DNA from: Octopus vulgaris
Lineage: Eukaryota
Assembly: GCA_951406725.2 (NCBI GenBank)
Contig: OX597822.1
Location: forward strand, 105,400,001-105,464,000
Direction: 5' to 3'
Length of the DNA stretch: 64,000 nucleotides
Each line of letters begins with the position of its first letter. The first letter of the stretch is position 1. The translations under genes and the position numbers were made by a program. Below the pieces are notes generated by a model. The model saw only the letters and a list, made by a program, of their open reading frames with translations. It was not told the DNA's origin and did not search any database. This document shows positions 29,293-43,414 of this stretch, in pieces.

Positions 29293-30327
29293 ACCATTCC
29301 ATTCGGAAAATGATAATCAGCAATGATCTCCGACAATACTGTCACTCGCTGATATTCCCATACATACGCATACACCACACACACACAGAGGGAGGAAGGA
29401 AGAAAGAACGAAACGAAACACACACACACACGAGCACAAACTTTTAACTATACATAGTAACACACTCACGCGCATGCTCACAATTATAATCACATATACA
29501 CGTATGTCTTATTTTTCATCTTCTTTGCTGTAATTCATGCGATTTCAGGAAAACTATAACAACGTGTGATCTACGTCCCTGCGTGTTGTTCCGATGATCT
29601 TCAACGCTAGAATCCAGGATAACTCAGTGCAATTCTCGATTTAATCGAAAGTTCTGACAGAGAAATACATGCAAATGGCTGTTTATACTCCAGTCTTGCA
29701 GGTTAGACACACAACTTGAAGGTTGCACAACAAACGTGCAGGTTGCATGCACAATGTGTAGGTTACACGAAAACTTTACACGCAAACGTTTACATTGTGG
29801 GTATGGGGCTACATAATGTTCTCTATTCCCAAGTGCTACCCAGCTCTCCATTTATCTCTCTAATCTTTTATTGAAATCCTAGACTGTTATAGATATCTCG
29901 TATTTTGAACTAAATTACTTTCTAAGAATTCTCAATCACTCTCTGAGATTTGCCGATAACCGAACATACGTTCACTGTAATGTATGTTTGAAGTGATTCA
30001 CTGATTTTCGAATTGTTTACAGAAGCAGTAATATCTGTGTGGCTAAGAAATCTCTTTGCCAAATACCTGGACTGTAGATTCTATTATACTGCTGGTTATT
30101 TAAGTGGCGTATACAGTAGACCCACGTTCACAAACACTCTGCGAGTGTATTCGACTTGAGAGATACTCAAAACACACACACACACACACACAAATATATA
30201 TATATATATGGAGGATAATATTTTTCTATTGATATGGAAACATTATCATTAAATTAAAAATTATTCCCACAAAAGCTATCTCTACACATTTTTTGAAATA
30301 TATTATGCAGTAACTTTTTTATTATAC

Positions 30328-30369
<42 letters not shown>

Positions 30370-30374
<5 letters not shown>

Positions 30375-30465
30375 GGTGGACCAAAATGATCTGACACATT
30401 TGGAGGCTTAATAAAAGCACAAAATAATAAATAATAAAAAGAAAAATTTTATTTTCTGAATGTAC
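30370..30465 (+). mobile_element. Tc1/mariner-like terminal fragment
   Basis: Starts TA-CAGGGTGGACCAAAA directly after (TA)n. Confidence 0.45.
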
Positions 30466-30467
30466 AT

Positions 30468-30697
30468 GTGTGTATGTGTTTGTGTGTCTGTGTTTGTCCC
30501 CCTAGCATTGCTTGACAACCGATGCTGGTGTGTTTATGTCGCCGTCACCTAGCGGTTCGGCAAAAGAGACCGATAGAATAAGTACTGGGCTTGCAAAGAA
30601 TAAGTCCCGGGGTCGAGTTGCTCGAATGAAGGCGGTGCTCCAGCATGGCCGCAGTTAACTGACTGAAACAAGTAAAAGAGTAAAGAGTAAAGAGTAC
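30468..30697 (+). mobile_element. Group-A SINE 3' half
   Basis: Ends gactgaaacaagtaaaagagtaaagagta. Confidence 0.85.
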
Positions 30698-30699
30698 AT

Positions 30700-31343
30700 A
30701 TAATGAAATTTTATTATTATAATAATTAGGGAAAATCAATTCCAGTGCCACAGGAATAAGAAATTCAAATTAATAATATTAAATTGAATTACTCTCAATA
30801 ATTAATTCATATATATCAAAATAGTGTTAGCGATAGAAACACCCACAACTTCATCAACTCCGAACGGTATTAACTCAACCAAGCCATAAAATATTAAATA
30901 TTATACTTACTATTCATATCCATAATCCCAAATTTTTCTATATTACGGACTACACGTGTTTCATGAGGGTACATATGGTATTATTAAGACGTAAAGTCTC
31001 ATTCAGAAACTCATTATGTTTACGCACTCCCAAACGTCAGGTCTCTTTTCCCACATTTATAAATATAACTACCCTTACATATCACAAAACATAGTGATAT
31101 ATAAGGGTAGTTATATTTATAAATGTGGGAAAAGGAGTCCTGACGTTTGGGAGTGCGTAAATATAATGAGTTCTCTGAATGAGACTTTACGTCTTAATAA
31201 TACCATATGTACCCTCATGAAACACGTGTAGACTGTAATATGGAAAATTTTAGATTATGAATAGAAATAGTAAGTATAATATTTAATATTGAGTTAATAC
31301 CGTTATGAGTTGATGAAGTTGTGGGTGTTTCTATCTCTAACAC

Positions 31344-31346
<3 letters not shown>
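30700..31346. mobile_element. Palindromic PLE-like element (arms about 260 bp, 8-nt loop) with a hammerhead remnant in each arm
   Basis: Arms 30821-31085 and 31094-31346; each carries CTGA-ATGAG..CTCAT-GAAAC-acgt-GTA. Confidence 0.75.
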
Positions 31347-31821
<475 letters not shown>

Positions 31822-31895
31822 TATATATATATATTTTATATATATATATATATATACGCATATGTATACGCATATGTGTGTATATATATATATAT

Positions 31896-32695
31896 TACAT
31901 GGAAAGATGCGAACAAGGGAACTAATAATCTTAAGATTATAAAACTGGAAAACTACAGGACTAATTATTATACTTGGAAAAGATCAGGACAAGTTATTAT
32001 ATCTGGTAAAGTACAGAGCAAGAATATTTTTACTTAAAATATTGCAGCTAAGGATAAAATTTCAAATAAAATATTTAGATTTAGAACATAACATCTATCA
32101 AAACAAATAATTTTATTACAAGTTATTACTTCTATTTCTTATTACTTGTTACTATAATTAAATATAAAAAATAACTTAATTAAAATATCTTTTGCGGTTT
32201 TTAAATCTTCATTTTTTAAAAATTATTAATTAATAATTAGAAATTTGAAAGTATTTTATAAAAAATAATAGTAGTACATAATAAGTACAACAAATAGAAT
32301 ATTACACAAAAATTAGTAACATTTGCTTGAGTTATTGCCAAGTCTTCACATTTTTAGTCTTGACCCAATGCCTATTTTTAGCATAATGAATTTGCCTACA
32401 ATATATTCTATTCTATTTTGCATAAAAATGTAGCTATATTGGTACCTCTGTCTCTCATTTTTAAGTATTCTAGTGTGTCAGTATTTTAGCAAAATGAGGG
32501 TACCTTTTTTTTAATTATAATGTTACTTGATAAATTAAAATCAAATAATTTTTAATATTCAAATCTTATCCTTAGCTGCAATATTTTAAATAAATTTTCC
32601 TCGTTCTGTTCATAATATATACTAGGTTGTCTTGAACTTTTCCAGTTTTATAGTCTTAAGAATATTATTTCTCTTGCTCGCATTTTTCCATGTTA
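31896..32695. mobile_element. AT-rich element with long imperfect terminal inverted repeats
   Basis: 31896-31952 pairs with 32638-32695; 32035-32068 pairs with 32556-32590. Confidence 0.65.
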
Positions 32696-33334
32696 TCCAT
32701 CTGTTTTCAAAGCTATGCTACTATGCTAATTAATAATGTGTCAAACGAGTCAATTAGCAGCGTCGTTGATAATTTTTCCTTATCTCATTGTTGTCGGTGA
32801 CATATATTAGAAGTCCCTTATAGAACTATATTCATGAATAATTATACAACTACATTACCACCCTCAAACTTGAGAAACAAACACTCGTAACTTTTTTCCT
32901 TTTAAAACTTCATTGCTTGAGATTGAAACCATGAAATTCCTCGAATTGAGCTCTATCAGTTAAGCTTAATTAAAATATAGATTACTTTTTAAAATATAAA
33001 AGTTAATCATACTTATATCAAATTTTATGCATTGTATATTTTACATGATATTTTACCTAACAACTTTTTTGATACACATTTTTGTTGCACATGACAAAGC
33101 TATATAACGTTGCTACAAATTTTCTACTGGACCAAATTTCAATTCCATATGCCAAAATGTAGCTAGGGACCAGTCCACTTCAGAAATGTTAACAATTTTC
33201 AATTTGGTAAATAACTGAATAAGCGACAAGCTCTGAAAGATGCTACGTGTGCGTAAATTGCGGCCTTAAGAATATTATTAAAAGTACGGTAGTAGGTGAA
33301 TGATATATATATATATATATATATATATATTGCT

Positions 33335-33500
33335 CAAAAATATTCAGAAACATAGGTAAGTGAACGAAGAATAAACAGGGCGTATTAGCTTAATGCTCAG
33401 GAGAAATGGAAGAAGTCTTTAACGTTTCGAGTTCATGCCCTTTTATAGAGCCAAATTCGGACAGTAGGTGCCAAGAGAAAAAACATTGAATGACAAAAAG
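33335..33500 (-). mobile_element. Diverged family-D mini-element
   Basis: gtattagcttaatgctcagga..gtctttaacgtttcgag homologous to 34385-34431. Confidence 0.5.
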
Positions 33501-33546
33501 CGTGCCTGAATTAACTGTGCTACATTTTGACATACATACATATATC

Positions 33547-33578
<32 letters not shown>

Positions 33579-33580
33579 TG

Positions 33581-33633
<53 letters not shown>

Positions 33634-33644
33634 GTATATATGTG

Positions 33645-33895
33645 TGTGTGTATGCGTGTATATCTGTGTGAGTCTGTGTCTTTTTGTTTGTGTTGTTTTT
33701 CTCTCTCTCCGCAACTTGGCAACCTGTGTCGTTCTCTTTACGTTCCTATGACTTAACGTTTCAGTGAGACAAACCGATGGAATAAGTAACAGACGTGAGC
33801 CCTAAGTGCTGGGATCGATTTGTGTGACTACACCCTTCAAGGCCGCGGCCTAGCACTGCCGCACTGTAATTACTGAAAGAAGCAAAGTATAAAGG
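33645..33895 (+). mobile_element. Old group-A SINE 3' half
   Basis: Diverged cttggcaacc..ggatcgatttgtgtgactac..ggcctagcactgccgcac. Confidence 0.55.
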
Positions 33896-34272
33896 TTGTG
33901 TGTGTGTTTGTGTGTGTGTAGGTGTGTGTAGCCTTTTTTGATATTTATTATCATTCGACCTCAACATATGAATTAATTTTCGCCATATAATTCTTCATAA
34001 CTGTGAAACCCTTTGATGGCATTCTTTATTTCCACTGAATATCGAAATATCGATCTGTATTTCGACTGCTCCAGTAGCTTAATAGTTTGCTTTTGTTTAC
34101 CTTTTGTTTGTTTTTTACTAAGAGAAAAAGGTTGGTTACCTCTCGTTCAGCATTTATTTCTAAAGAATATAGATTCTGTGAATGATACCATCGCAACGCT
34201 TCATTCTCCGCAGCATAGTCACTTCAAGAAAGAGAGTTAGAGACAAACAAATAGAGAGAGAAAGAGAAAGAA

Positions 34273-34321
<49 letters not shown>

Positions 34322-34327
<6 letters not shown>

Positions 34328-34530
34328 GGAAAGTTTACGAAAATAAACAAAAGACGAAGGCAGGTGGAGTGCAAACAAACAAATGTATTAGTATAGCGCT
34401 CAGGAATAGAAAAATTCTTTTACGTTTCGAGCCTACACTCTTCGACAGAAAGATACACAGAAGAAAGCAAGGAGATAAACTCGGAGAGAAAAATATGCGT
34501 GTAGGAGCTAACGATCTATCATGGTGTCCT
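34322..34530 (-). mobile_element. Family-D mini-element with hammerhead variant (34416-34453)
   Basis: tcttt-CTGTCGA-A-GAGT gtag GCTC-GAAAC-GTA-aaaga; inverted homolog at 39300-39496. Confidence 0.7.
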
Positions 34531-34531
34531 G

Positions 34532-34622
<91 letters not shown>

Positions 34623-35336
34623 AGAGAGAGAGAGAGAGAGATAGGTGAGTAACGAGAGCGAAAGAACAAACTCCATCTATTACTTGACTGGTACTGAATG
34701 AAAGATAGTTGCCCTCGATGGTATTTGAACTCACATTACTGAGAGAGGGACAGATACAGCAATTCATTATTTCCGATACGCTTGTTGTCTTATATTTAAT
34801 AGCATATGCCAATTGAATATGTTGTTTTTAATTTCCATCCCTTCTTAACGATTTCGACAAAACTAACCTTCTTTGGATGAAAAATATTCAACAGTTTCCT
34901 AATAATACCTTTTATTGGATGTTTAATGATTTGAAATAAATGCTTAATATCATACTTGAATACAGCACAAAAGAAAAACCAGGCACTTATTCATTTAATG
35001 CATTTACTTGGCTGTTTCATTGATTTCTACAATTGAGCGCAACGCATAAGTAAAAATCTCAATTACGCATGCTGTTTACGAAGAATTATATATATTTTCG
35101 GGAATGTTTATTCAAATATTTCAGTTTTCTATAGATTGCTTATGCTGTAATGTTTGCAAAATTTACGGCCTGTGCCCATACGCTAACATTACTTGTCCAT
35201 CTCACATATATAGAAATGAAAAAAGAAAAATAATAATAATAATAATAAAAGAAAAATAAAGAAAAACATATTTAATGTTCCACAATTGTTTCTTTAACTT
35301 GCAAACATCAATATATATATAATACTTATAGGAAAG

Positions 35337-35367
<31 letters not shown>

Positions 35368-35496
35368 GTATACATATATGTATGTATGTGTGTGTTTGTA
35401 TGCATATATATATGTATATATATGTATAAATATTATATATGTGTATATATATATATATATATTATATATACACATATAATATTTATACATACATAA

Positions 35497-35596
<100 letters not shown>

Positions 35597-36417
35597 GAAG
35601 CTAAATGGTTGGCCGGAAACATTAGAAGACTTTCTGTATACCGAAAATAAATATTCGCGATTCTGTTTATTATTTTATTATATTTTACTTTTGAGCATTA
35701 TTTTTCTCTTTTACTTTTTACTTTTTTTTTTTCTAGGAACATCACAAACACGAAAAAGAAATGTTTTTCTATGCGATTTTACCTTCTATAAATGTATTTC
35801 TCGAAAATGACAGCAGTAATTCTCAACTGAAATAAAAGATCACTCTATTGATAAACCTAGCCATAATTAAGGTATACACATAAAAAAAACAAAAAAACAA
35901 ACCAAAAACAAAAACAAAACCATAAAGCAAAAATTAGAAATATAAGCTTTAAAATATAATGGCAATTATTTGACGTGTAATTATATGAAACGGAGAGAAA
36001 AAATTCCTGCTTTGGAACACAATACATTTCTTTAAACATAATGCTTGTCTTCGTTTCCTCTTTCGCGTTTCCCTCCCCCTTGATTCTCTATCTATCAACC
36101 TATTCCCACTCTCTCCTCTCTTTCCTTTCTTTCTATCCCTCCCTCCCCCTCTCTCTCTCTCTCTCTCTCTCTTTGCACACACATACAGACACACGCATAC
36201 ACACATATATATAGCAAACTATTTCATCCAGGTTCTTTTGTGGCTCTTTGTTCTTTCACGAAAATATGTCCTGTTATTTAAATAGAATAGAATGAATGCA
36301 GATTTCTTTAACTGAAACGAAAGTAATTATTATTGCAACTAAAAATCTGCCATTAACTTTTGATGGCACTTATAATTTTATTTGCTTGTTGACTGCATTA
36401 TGATTTGATATACATAC

Positions 36418-36557
<140 letters not shown>

Positions 36558-36593
36558 CATAATCTTAGATACTAATGATACTTATACTAATAT

Positions 36594-36652
<59 letters not shown>

Positions 36653-36703
36653 CATCATAATGTTTTATATAAGCTATCGAAAGCATCAGCTACACATATA
36701 TAA

Positions 36704-36748
<45 letters not shown>

Positions 36749-36873
36749 CATATATATATATAGGGAGAGAGAGACGGTGAGAGAGACTTATATATATATG
36801 TATGTATATATATATATATATATATGTACGTATATATATGTATATGTGTATATAAATATATACATATATATAA

Positions 36874-36938
<65 letters not shown>

Positions 36939-36951
36939 CATAGATACATAC

Positions 36952-37022
<71 letters not shown>

Positions 37023-37598
37023 TATAGATATAGATATATAGATACATACATATATATTTATATATAGTTATATTAGGAAAAGTATCATCAGTATGGTAGT
37101 CTTTTATATTTTGTTATCTATTATGTTTATATTTGTTTTGGCTCAATAATACAATATGCGGAGCTAGCAGAAACGTTAAAAAGTTGCGTTTGTGCCTACC
37201 TTTATATATATTAAGGTGGTGCAACATAGTGGGAGGCTCTATATCGTTGATGTATCAGTGATAAATGGGACCTAAATCTCGAGTCACATCCTATTGTCTA
37301 CAACAACAGAGAAATATTGGCCGGCATAGCAGTTGATATACAAACTAATGTGTCTCAAATTTATTGAGTATGAGATGGAAAGACTGAGGATTATTCAGCT
37401 TTAGGAACCCGCAACAGCAATAACAACAGCATTATTTGTGATTCATGTCAACGAAGGAATTCCACCTGCTAAAAACATTACCCAAATCTCATTAAATAAC
37501 ACTTCAACACTTTAAAACTGGAAGTATTCACCACATGCTCTCTATGTATATGTATATGTATATATATATGTATGTATGTATATATATATGTATGTATG

Positions 37599-37666
<68 letters not shown>

Positions 37667-37669
<3 letters not shown>

Positions 37670-38056
37670 GAGCAAAACGTCCTCCCTCGTCCAACGGACG
37701 ATGCTGAGTTGTCAAACATTTAAACCAAATTTTCTCAAAACAATTTGTCCGACCGTGCCACAGGCCTCCCCTTTTGGAAACACTGATTTAATCTAAATTT
37801 GAGACACCAGCTAAAGAAGAAATTCAGATAGACTTTTTTATTTCTATTCCAAGGAAAACGATTATACAAATGAACGTTCCCACGGCTTTAACGATGGCAT
37901 TCTCACCTGGAATCGATTTTTGTAATTTTTTCAAGACTCATACACGCCCTGATACCGTCGGTATCTACATATCAAATTTGAGTGCAATCAGATGGCAGAT
38001 GCCCAAGTTCTGAGAAGACACATACAGAGACTGAACGGATTTTATACAATAGATTT
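37667..38056 (-). mobile_element. Helitron-like non-autonomous element
   Basis: Minus strand starts a|TCtattgtataaaatccg and ends with hairpin tcgtcc-gtt-ggacga upstream of CTCG|t (canonical end is CTRR). Confidence 0.5.
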
Positions 38057-38497
38057 ATAAATATGTATATATATATATATATATGTGTATGTGTATGTGT
38101 GTGTGTGTGTATGTATTTAAAGATCGAGACATATCAAAGTGAAACGCAGCGCACTTGTTAGCTAGACAATATAACACAAATCAACAGATAAACGGTTCAT
38201 TCTATAAGAGTAGAGTTCATGAATGAAGGGAAGTTGACTGTTGTTTGGTAATCAGCAAATCCAAGACTATTGAAAATGGAGCGATACTTTCAACACGGCG
38301 TAATATAATAATAAAAAAAAAAGACAGACGAATGGATTATATGGTCTCGGGACAATAGATTTCATTATGACGCAACATCGTAAGTCCAATTATTGGTATT
38401 TCATGCCTTACATAACAGAATTTGCGTCATTATAGAACGTCTCAATGAAACATTGTAGCGAGACCATATAATCAATTCGTCTGTCTTTGAAGATATA

Positions 38498-38639
<142 letters not shown>

Positions 38640-38779
38640 TATATATATATATGCATGTAAGTATGTATATATGTATTTATGCATGCATGTAGTATGTATA
38701 TTTTACCAAATTAGCTAGTTAGATAATCTCTGTAAGAGTTGAGAGCATTACTGAGAAATAATGTTCATCGCCACCTCAA

Positions 38780-38990
38780 AATGGCTGTTCCGTAGGAACC
38801 AGCATTACGACTATTTTAACCCCAGGAGGACGGTCCCTCCAGCTGGTTCTTTAAGGCGATCTGCACCACCCGATATATATTGCAAACAGGGGAGTTAACT
38901 CCAGTCAATTCCCAGCCTCGAGACCACCAGATCGTACGGTTTCAAAATCTTTGTGCTGATCCTCATATATATTGTGCTGATCCTCATATA
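38780..38990 (-). mobile_element. Repeat with a truncated hammerhead remnant
   Basis: Minus strand ATGA-ggatc..gattt-t-GAAAC-cgtacg-ATC; layout loosely like the 11075-11350 repeat. Confidence 0.35.
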
Positions 38991-39299
38991 TATGTATATG
39001 TATAATATATATATATATACATACATGTATATATATATATATAATTTAAAATAGGATGAAATCTTTATAAGAATTCATTAAGTAGTCAGCGTAAGAACCA
39101 CATAAGGGAAAAAATTATACTTATTCCCTTTAAATATATTTATTCATATTAAGGGCATTACTACACGTAAATGCTTCACGATATGAGGGACTCTTAAAGT
39201 CAAAACAAACATAATAATTACACAGTGTACCGAACGCGAAAGAATGCAACCTTTTAAGCTAACACGTAAAAAAAAATATATACATATGTATCTATATAT

Positions 39300-39496
39300 A
39301 TGTTGATTCGCTAGCTTCTGCACGCATTTTTTTTCTCTCCGTGTTTCTTTTCTGTGTATCTTTCTGTTGAAGAGCGTAGGCTCGAAACGTAAAAGACTTG
39401 TTCTATTTATATTCCTGAGCGCCATACTAATACAATTGTTTGTTTGTATTCCACCTGCCTTCGTCTTTTGTTTATTTTCATAAAGCTTCCCGTTAT
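39300..39496 (+). mobile_element. Family-D mini-element with hammerhead variant (39359-39396)
   Basis: tcttt-CTGTTGA-A-GAGC gtag GCTC-GAAAC-GTA-aaaga. Confidence 0.7.
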
Positions 39497-39798
39497 ATGT
39501 ATATGTGTATACACACACACACACATATTATACATATATATACACAAAATCACGCACAAACAAATATTTTGTTTCTAAATTTTGGCACGTGGCCCGCAAT
39601 TTCAGGTTAGGGAAAGTCGATTGGATCGACCCTATTGCTCATCTGGTACTTATTTTATAGACTGCGAAAGCATGAATGTAAAGTCAACCTCGGTGGAATT
39701 TTTGACACAAAACTTAAAGCTGGACGAAGTACATTGAGCCATTTTGCCCGGCATGATAAATATTCCATCTATTCACAGACTTTACATTCACATATATC

Positions 39799-40033
39799 TG
39801 TTTCTTTATTGCCCACAAGGGGCTAAACATAGAGGGGGACAAACAAGGACAGACAAACGGATTAAGTCGATTACATCGACCCCAGTGCGTAACTGGTACT
39901 TAATTTATCGACCCCGAAAGGGATGAAAGGCAAAGTCGACCTCGGCGGAATTTGAACTTAGAACGCAGCGACAGACGCAATACCGCTAAGCATTTCGCCC
40001 GGTGTGCTAACGTTTCTGCCAGCTCGCCGCCTT
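39799..40033 (-). mobile_element. Group-C SINE monomer
   Basis: 12-bp TSD ttcacatatatc at 39787-39798 and 40034-40045. Confidence 0.92.
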
Positions 40034-40096
40034 TTCACATATATCGTATGTGTGTGTGTGTGTATATAAATATATATATACATACATAAATATATA

Positions 40097-40160
<64 letters not shown>

Positions 40161-40362
40161 CACACACACATATATATATATATATATGGGGTCTACATTT
40201 AGCATATTGGATGTCCACTTAGTGGTCATCTCTCATATGTATGCAATATAAATATTCTGAATTTTCATGTATTTTCAATATGCTAGGCCACTGGTTTAAA
40301 TTGATATTAATCGAAATAATATTCAATTGTTTACCCATATAATATATATCTATCTTTGTATG

Positions 40363-40410
<48 letters not shown>

Positions 40411-40413
40411 GTG

Positions 40414-40858
40414 GTAATTTTTTCAAGACTCATACACGCCCTGATACCGTCGGTATCTACTTATCAAATTTGAGTGCAACTAGATGACAGATGCCCGATT
40501 TCCGAGAAGACACACACACAGAGACAGAACGGATTTTATACAATAGATTTATAAATATGTATATATATATGTGTATGTGTATGTGTGTGTGTGTGTATGT
40601 ATTTAAAGATCGAGACATATCAAAGTGAAACGCAGCGCACTTGTTAGCTAGACAATATAACACAAATCAACAGATAAACGGTTCATTCTATAAGAGTAGA
40701 GTTCATGAATGAAGGGAAGTTGACTGTTGTTTGGTAATCAGCAAATCCAAGACTATTGAAAATGGAGCGATACTTTCAACATGGCGTAATATAATAATAA
40801 AAAAAAAAGACAGACGAATGGATTATATGGTCTCGGGACAATAGATTTCATTATGACG

Positions 40859-40865
<7 letters not shown>
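40414..40865 (+). repeat. Local ~450-bp duplicate of 37922-38378
   Basis: Direct alignment by eye; this copy is bounded by (TA)n on both sides. Confidence 0.9.
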
Positions 40866-40919
<54 letters not shown>

Positions 40920-41524
40920 TATGTACATACATGTATGTATATATGCATATATTATATATATAATATATATATATGTATATACAGAGAGAGAGAGAGAGAG
41001 TAATGTAGCGAAACAGAGAGGGAGAAGGAGATAGAGAGAAGGAGAGTTAGTGAGACGGATAGAGATATACACAGGCAAATAGATAGAAAGATAGACAGAC
41101 AAATATGTATGTTGATATATATTCCACTTGCAAGAGATTCGGTGGTTTGAGTTTTGAGTGCGATAAATGCATTTGTTCGAAGTACCGGGTAGTGGTATGG
41201 AACCCGGAATCACGTGTTTGCAAAACTAACTTTATTACCACTCAGCCACACTCGCGCCCCACTTTTGTCCCTTTAACTAATAACTGCAAATCCCACAGAG
41301 GTCAAATTTGTCTTTCATATTTTCTGGGATCGATAAAATAAAAGTTCCACATCCCACCATAAATCAATAGCGGCTGATCACCAATATTTCAAGGTATTAA
41401 CTACAATAATCCCCCGCTAGCGATTGAATAAATAAGCAGCAGCAGCTACAGCATCATCATCAGCAGCAGCATCATCAACAGCTGCGACAACAGTAGCAGC
41501 AGCAATCTTTTCAGTTGTAGTAGA

Positions 41525-41604
41525 CGTAGTAGTAACAGAAACAGCAGCAGCAGCAGCAGCAGCAATAAGAGTACGGCAGCAGCAATGATTGATTGTAGTA
41601 GTAT

Positions 41605-41663
<59 letters not shown>

Positions 41664-41730
41664 ACAGAAACAGCAGCAGCAGCAGCAGCAATAAGAGTAC
41701 GGCAGCAGCAATGATTGATTGTAGTAGTAT

Positions 41731-41789
<59 letters not shown>

Positions 41790-41856
41790 ACAGAAACAGC
41801 AGCAGCAGCAGCAGCAATAAGAGTACGGCAGCAGCAATGATTGATTGTAGTAGTAT

Positions 41857-41897
<41 letters not shown>

Positions 41898-41967
41898 ACA
41901 GAAACAGCAGCAGCAGCAGCAGCAGCAATAAGAGTACGGCAGCAGCAATGATTGATTGTAGTAGTAT

Positions 41968-42011
<44 letters not shown>

Positions 42012-42079
42012 ACAGAAACAGCAGCAGCAGCAGCAGCAATAAGAGTACGGCAGCAGCAATGACTTGATTGTAGTAGTAC

Positions 42080-42125
<46 letters not shown>

Positions 42126-42191
42126 ACAGAAACAGCAGCAGCAGCAGCAGCAATAAGAGTACGGCAGCAGCAATGATGATTGTAGTAGTAT

Positions 42192-42238
<47 letters not shown>

Positions 42239-42295
42239 ACAGAAACAGCAGCAGCAGCAGCAGCAATAAGAGTACGGCAGCAGCAATGATTGATT

Positions 42296-42347
<52 letters not shown>

Positions 42348-42412
42348 AACAGAAACAGCAGCAGCAGCAGCAATAAGAGTACGGCAGCAGCAATGATTGA
42401 TTGTAGTAGTAT

Positions 42413-42453
<41 letters not shown>

Positions 42454-42521
42454 ACAGAAACAGCAGCAGCAGCAGCAGCAATAAGAGTACGGCAGCAGCA
42501 ACAGATTGATTGTAGTAGTAT

Positions 42522-42559
<38 letters not shown>

Positions 42560-42740
42560 ACAGAAACAGCAGCAGCAGCAGCAGCAATAAGAGTACGGCA
42601 GCAGCAATGACTGATTGCAGCAGTACAGCAGCAGCAGTAGTAGTAGTAGTAGTAGTAGCAGCAGCAGTAGCAACAAGAAACAGCAGCAGCAGCAGCAGCA
42701 ATAAGAGTACGGCAGCAGCAATGATTGACTGTAGTAGTAC

Positions 42741-42783
<43 letters not shown>

Positions 42784-42956
42784 ACAGAAACAGCAGCAGC
42801 AGCAGCAGCAGCAATAAGAGTACGGCAGCAGCAATGATTGACTGCAGTAGTAAGCAGCAGCAGTAGCAGTAGTAGTAGTAGTAGTAGTAACAGAAACAGC
42901 AGCAGCAGCAGCAGCAATAAGAGTACGGCAGCAGCAATGATTGATTGTAGTAGTAT

Positions 42957-42994
<38 letters not shown>

Positions 42995-43061
42995 ACAGAA
43001 ACAGCAGCAGCAGCAGCAGCAATAAGAGTACGGCAGCAGCAATGATTGATTGTAGTAGTAT

Positions 43062-43108
<47 letters not shown>

Positions 43109-43175
43109 ACAGAAACAGCAGCAGCAGCAGCAGCAATAAGAGTACGGCAGCAGCAATGATTGATTGTAGTAGTAT

Positions 43176-43226
<51 letters not shown>

Positions 43227-43240
43227 CAGTAGCAGCAGCA
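41525..43240. repeat. Minisatellite, 15 units of about 105-126 bp built from (TAG)n and (CAG)n
   Basis: Invariant linker aataagagtacgg counted 15 times. Confidence 0.95.
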
Positions 43241-43379
43241 ACACAGCAGTGGCTGTGCTTTCAATAGTGAAAGTGTGGCGGCAGCAGTAGTATTATGACA
43301 AGTAGCAGTAGCAGCAGCAGTAGCAGTAGTGAGGATGATGGTGGTGGTGTTGTTGGTGGTGTTGGTGATAGTAGATTTT

Positions 43380-43399
<20 letters not shown>

Positions 43400-43414
<15 letters not shown>

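Noticed and set aside
41525-43240. CRISPR-like appearance of constant linkers with variable intervals
   Set aside because: The intervals are triplet tracts, not unique spacers; eukaryotic context with no cas genes.
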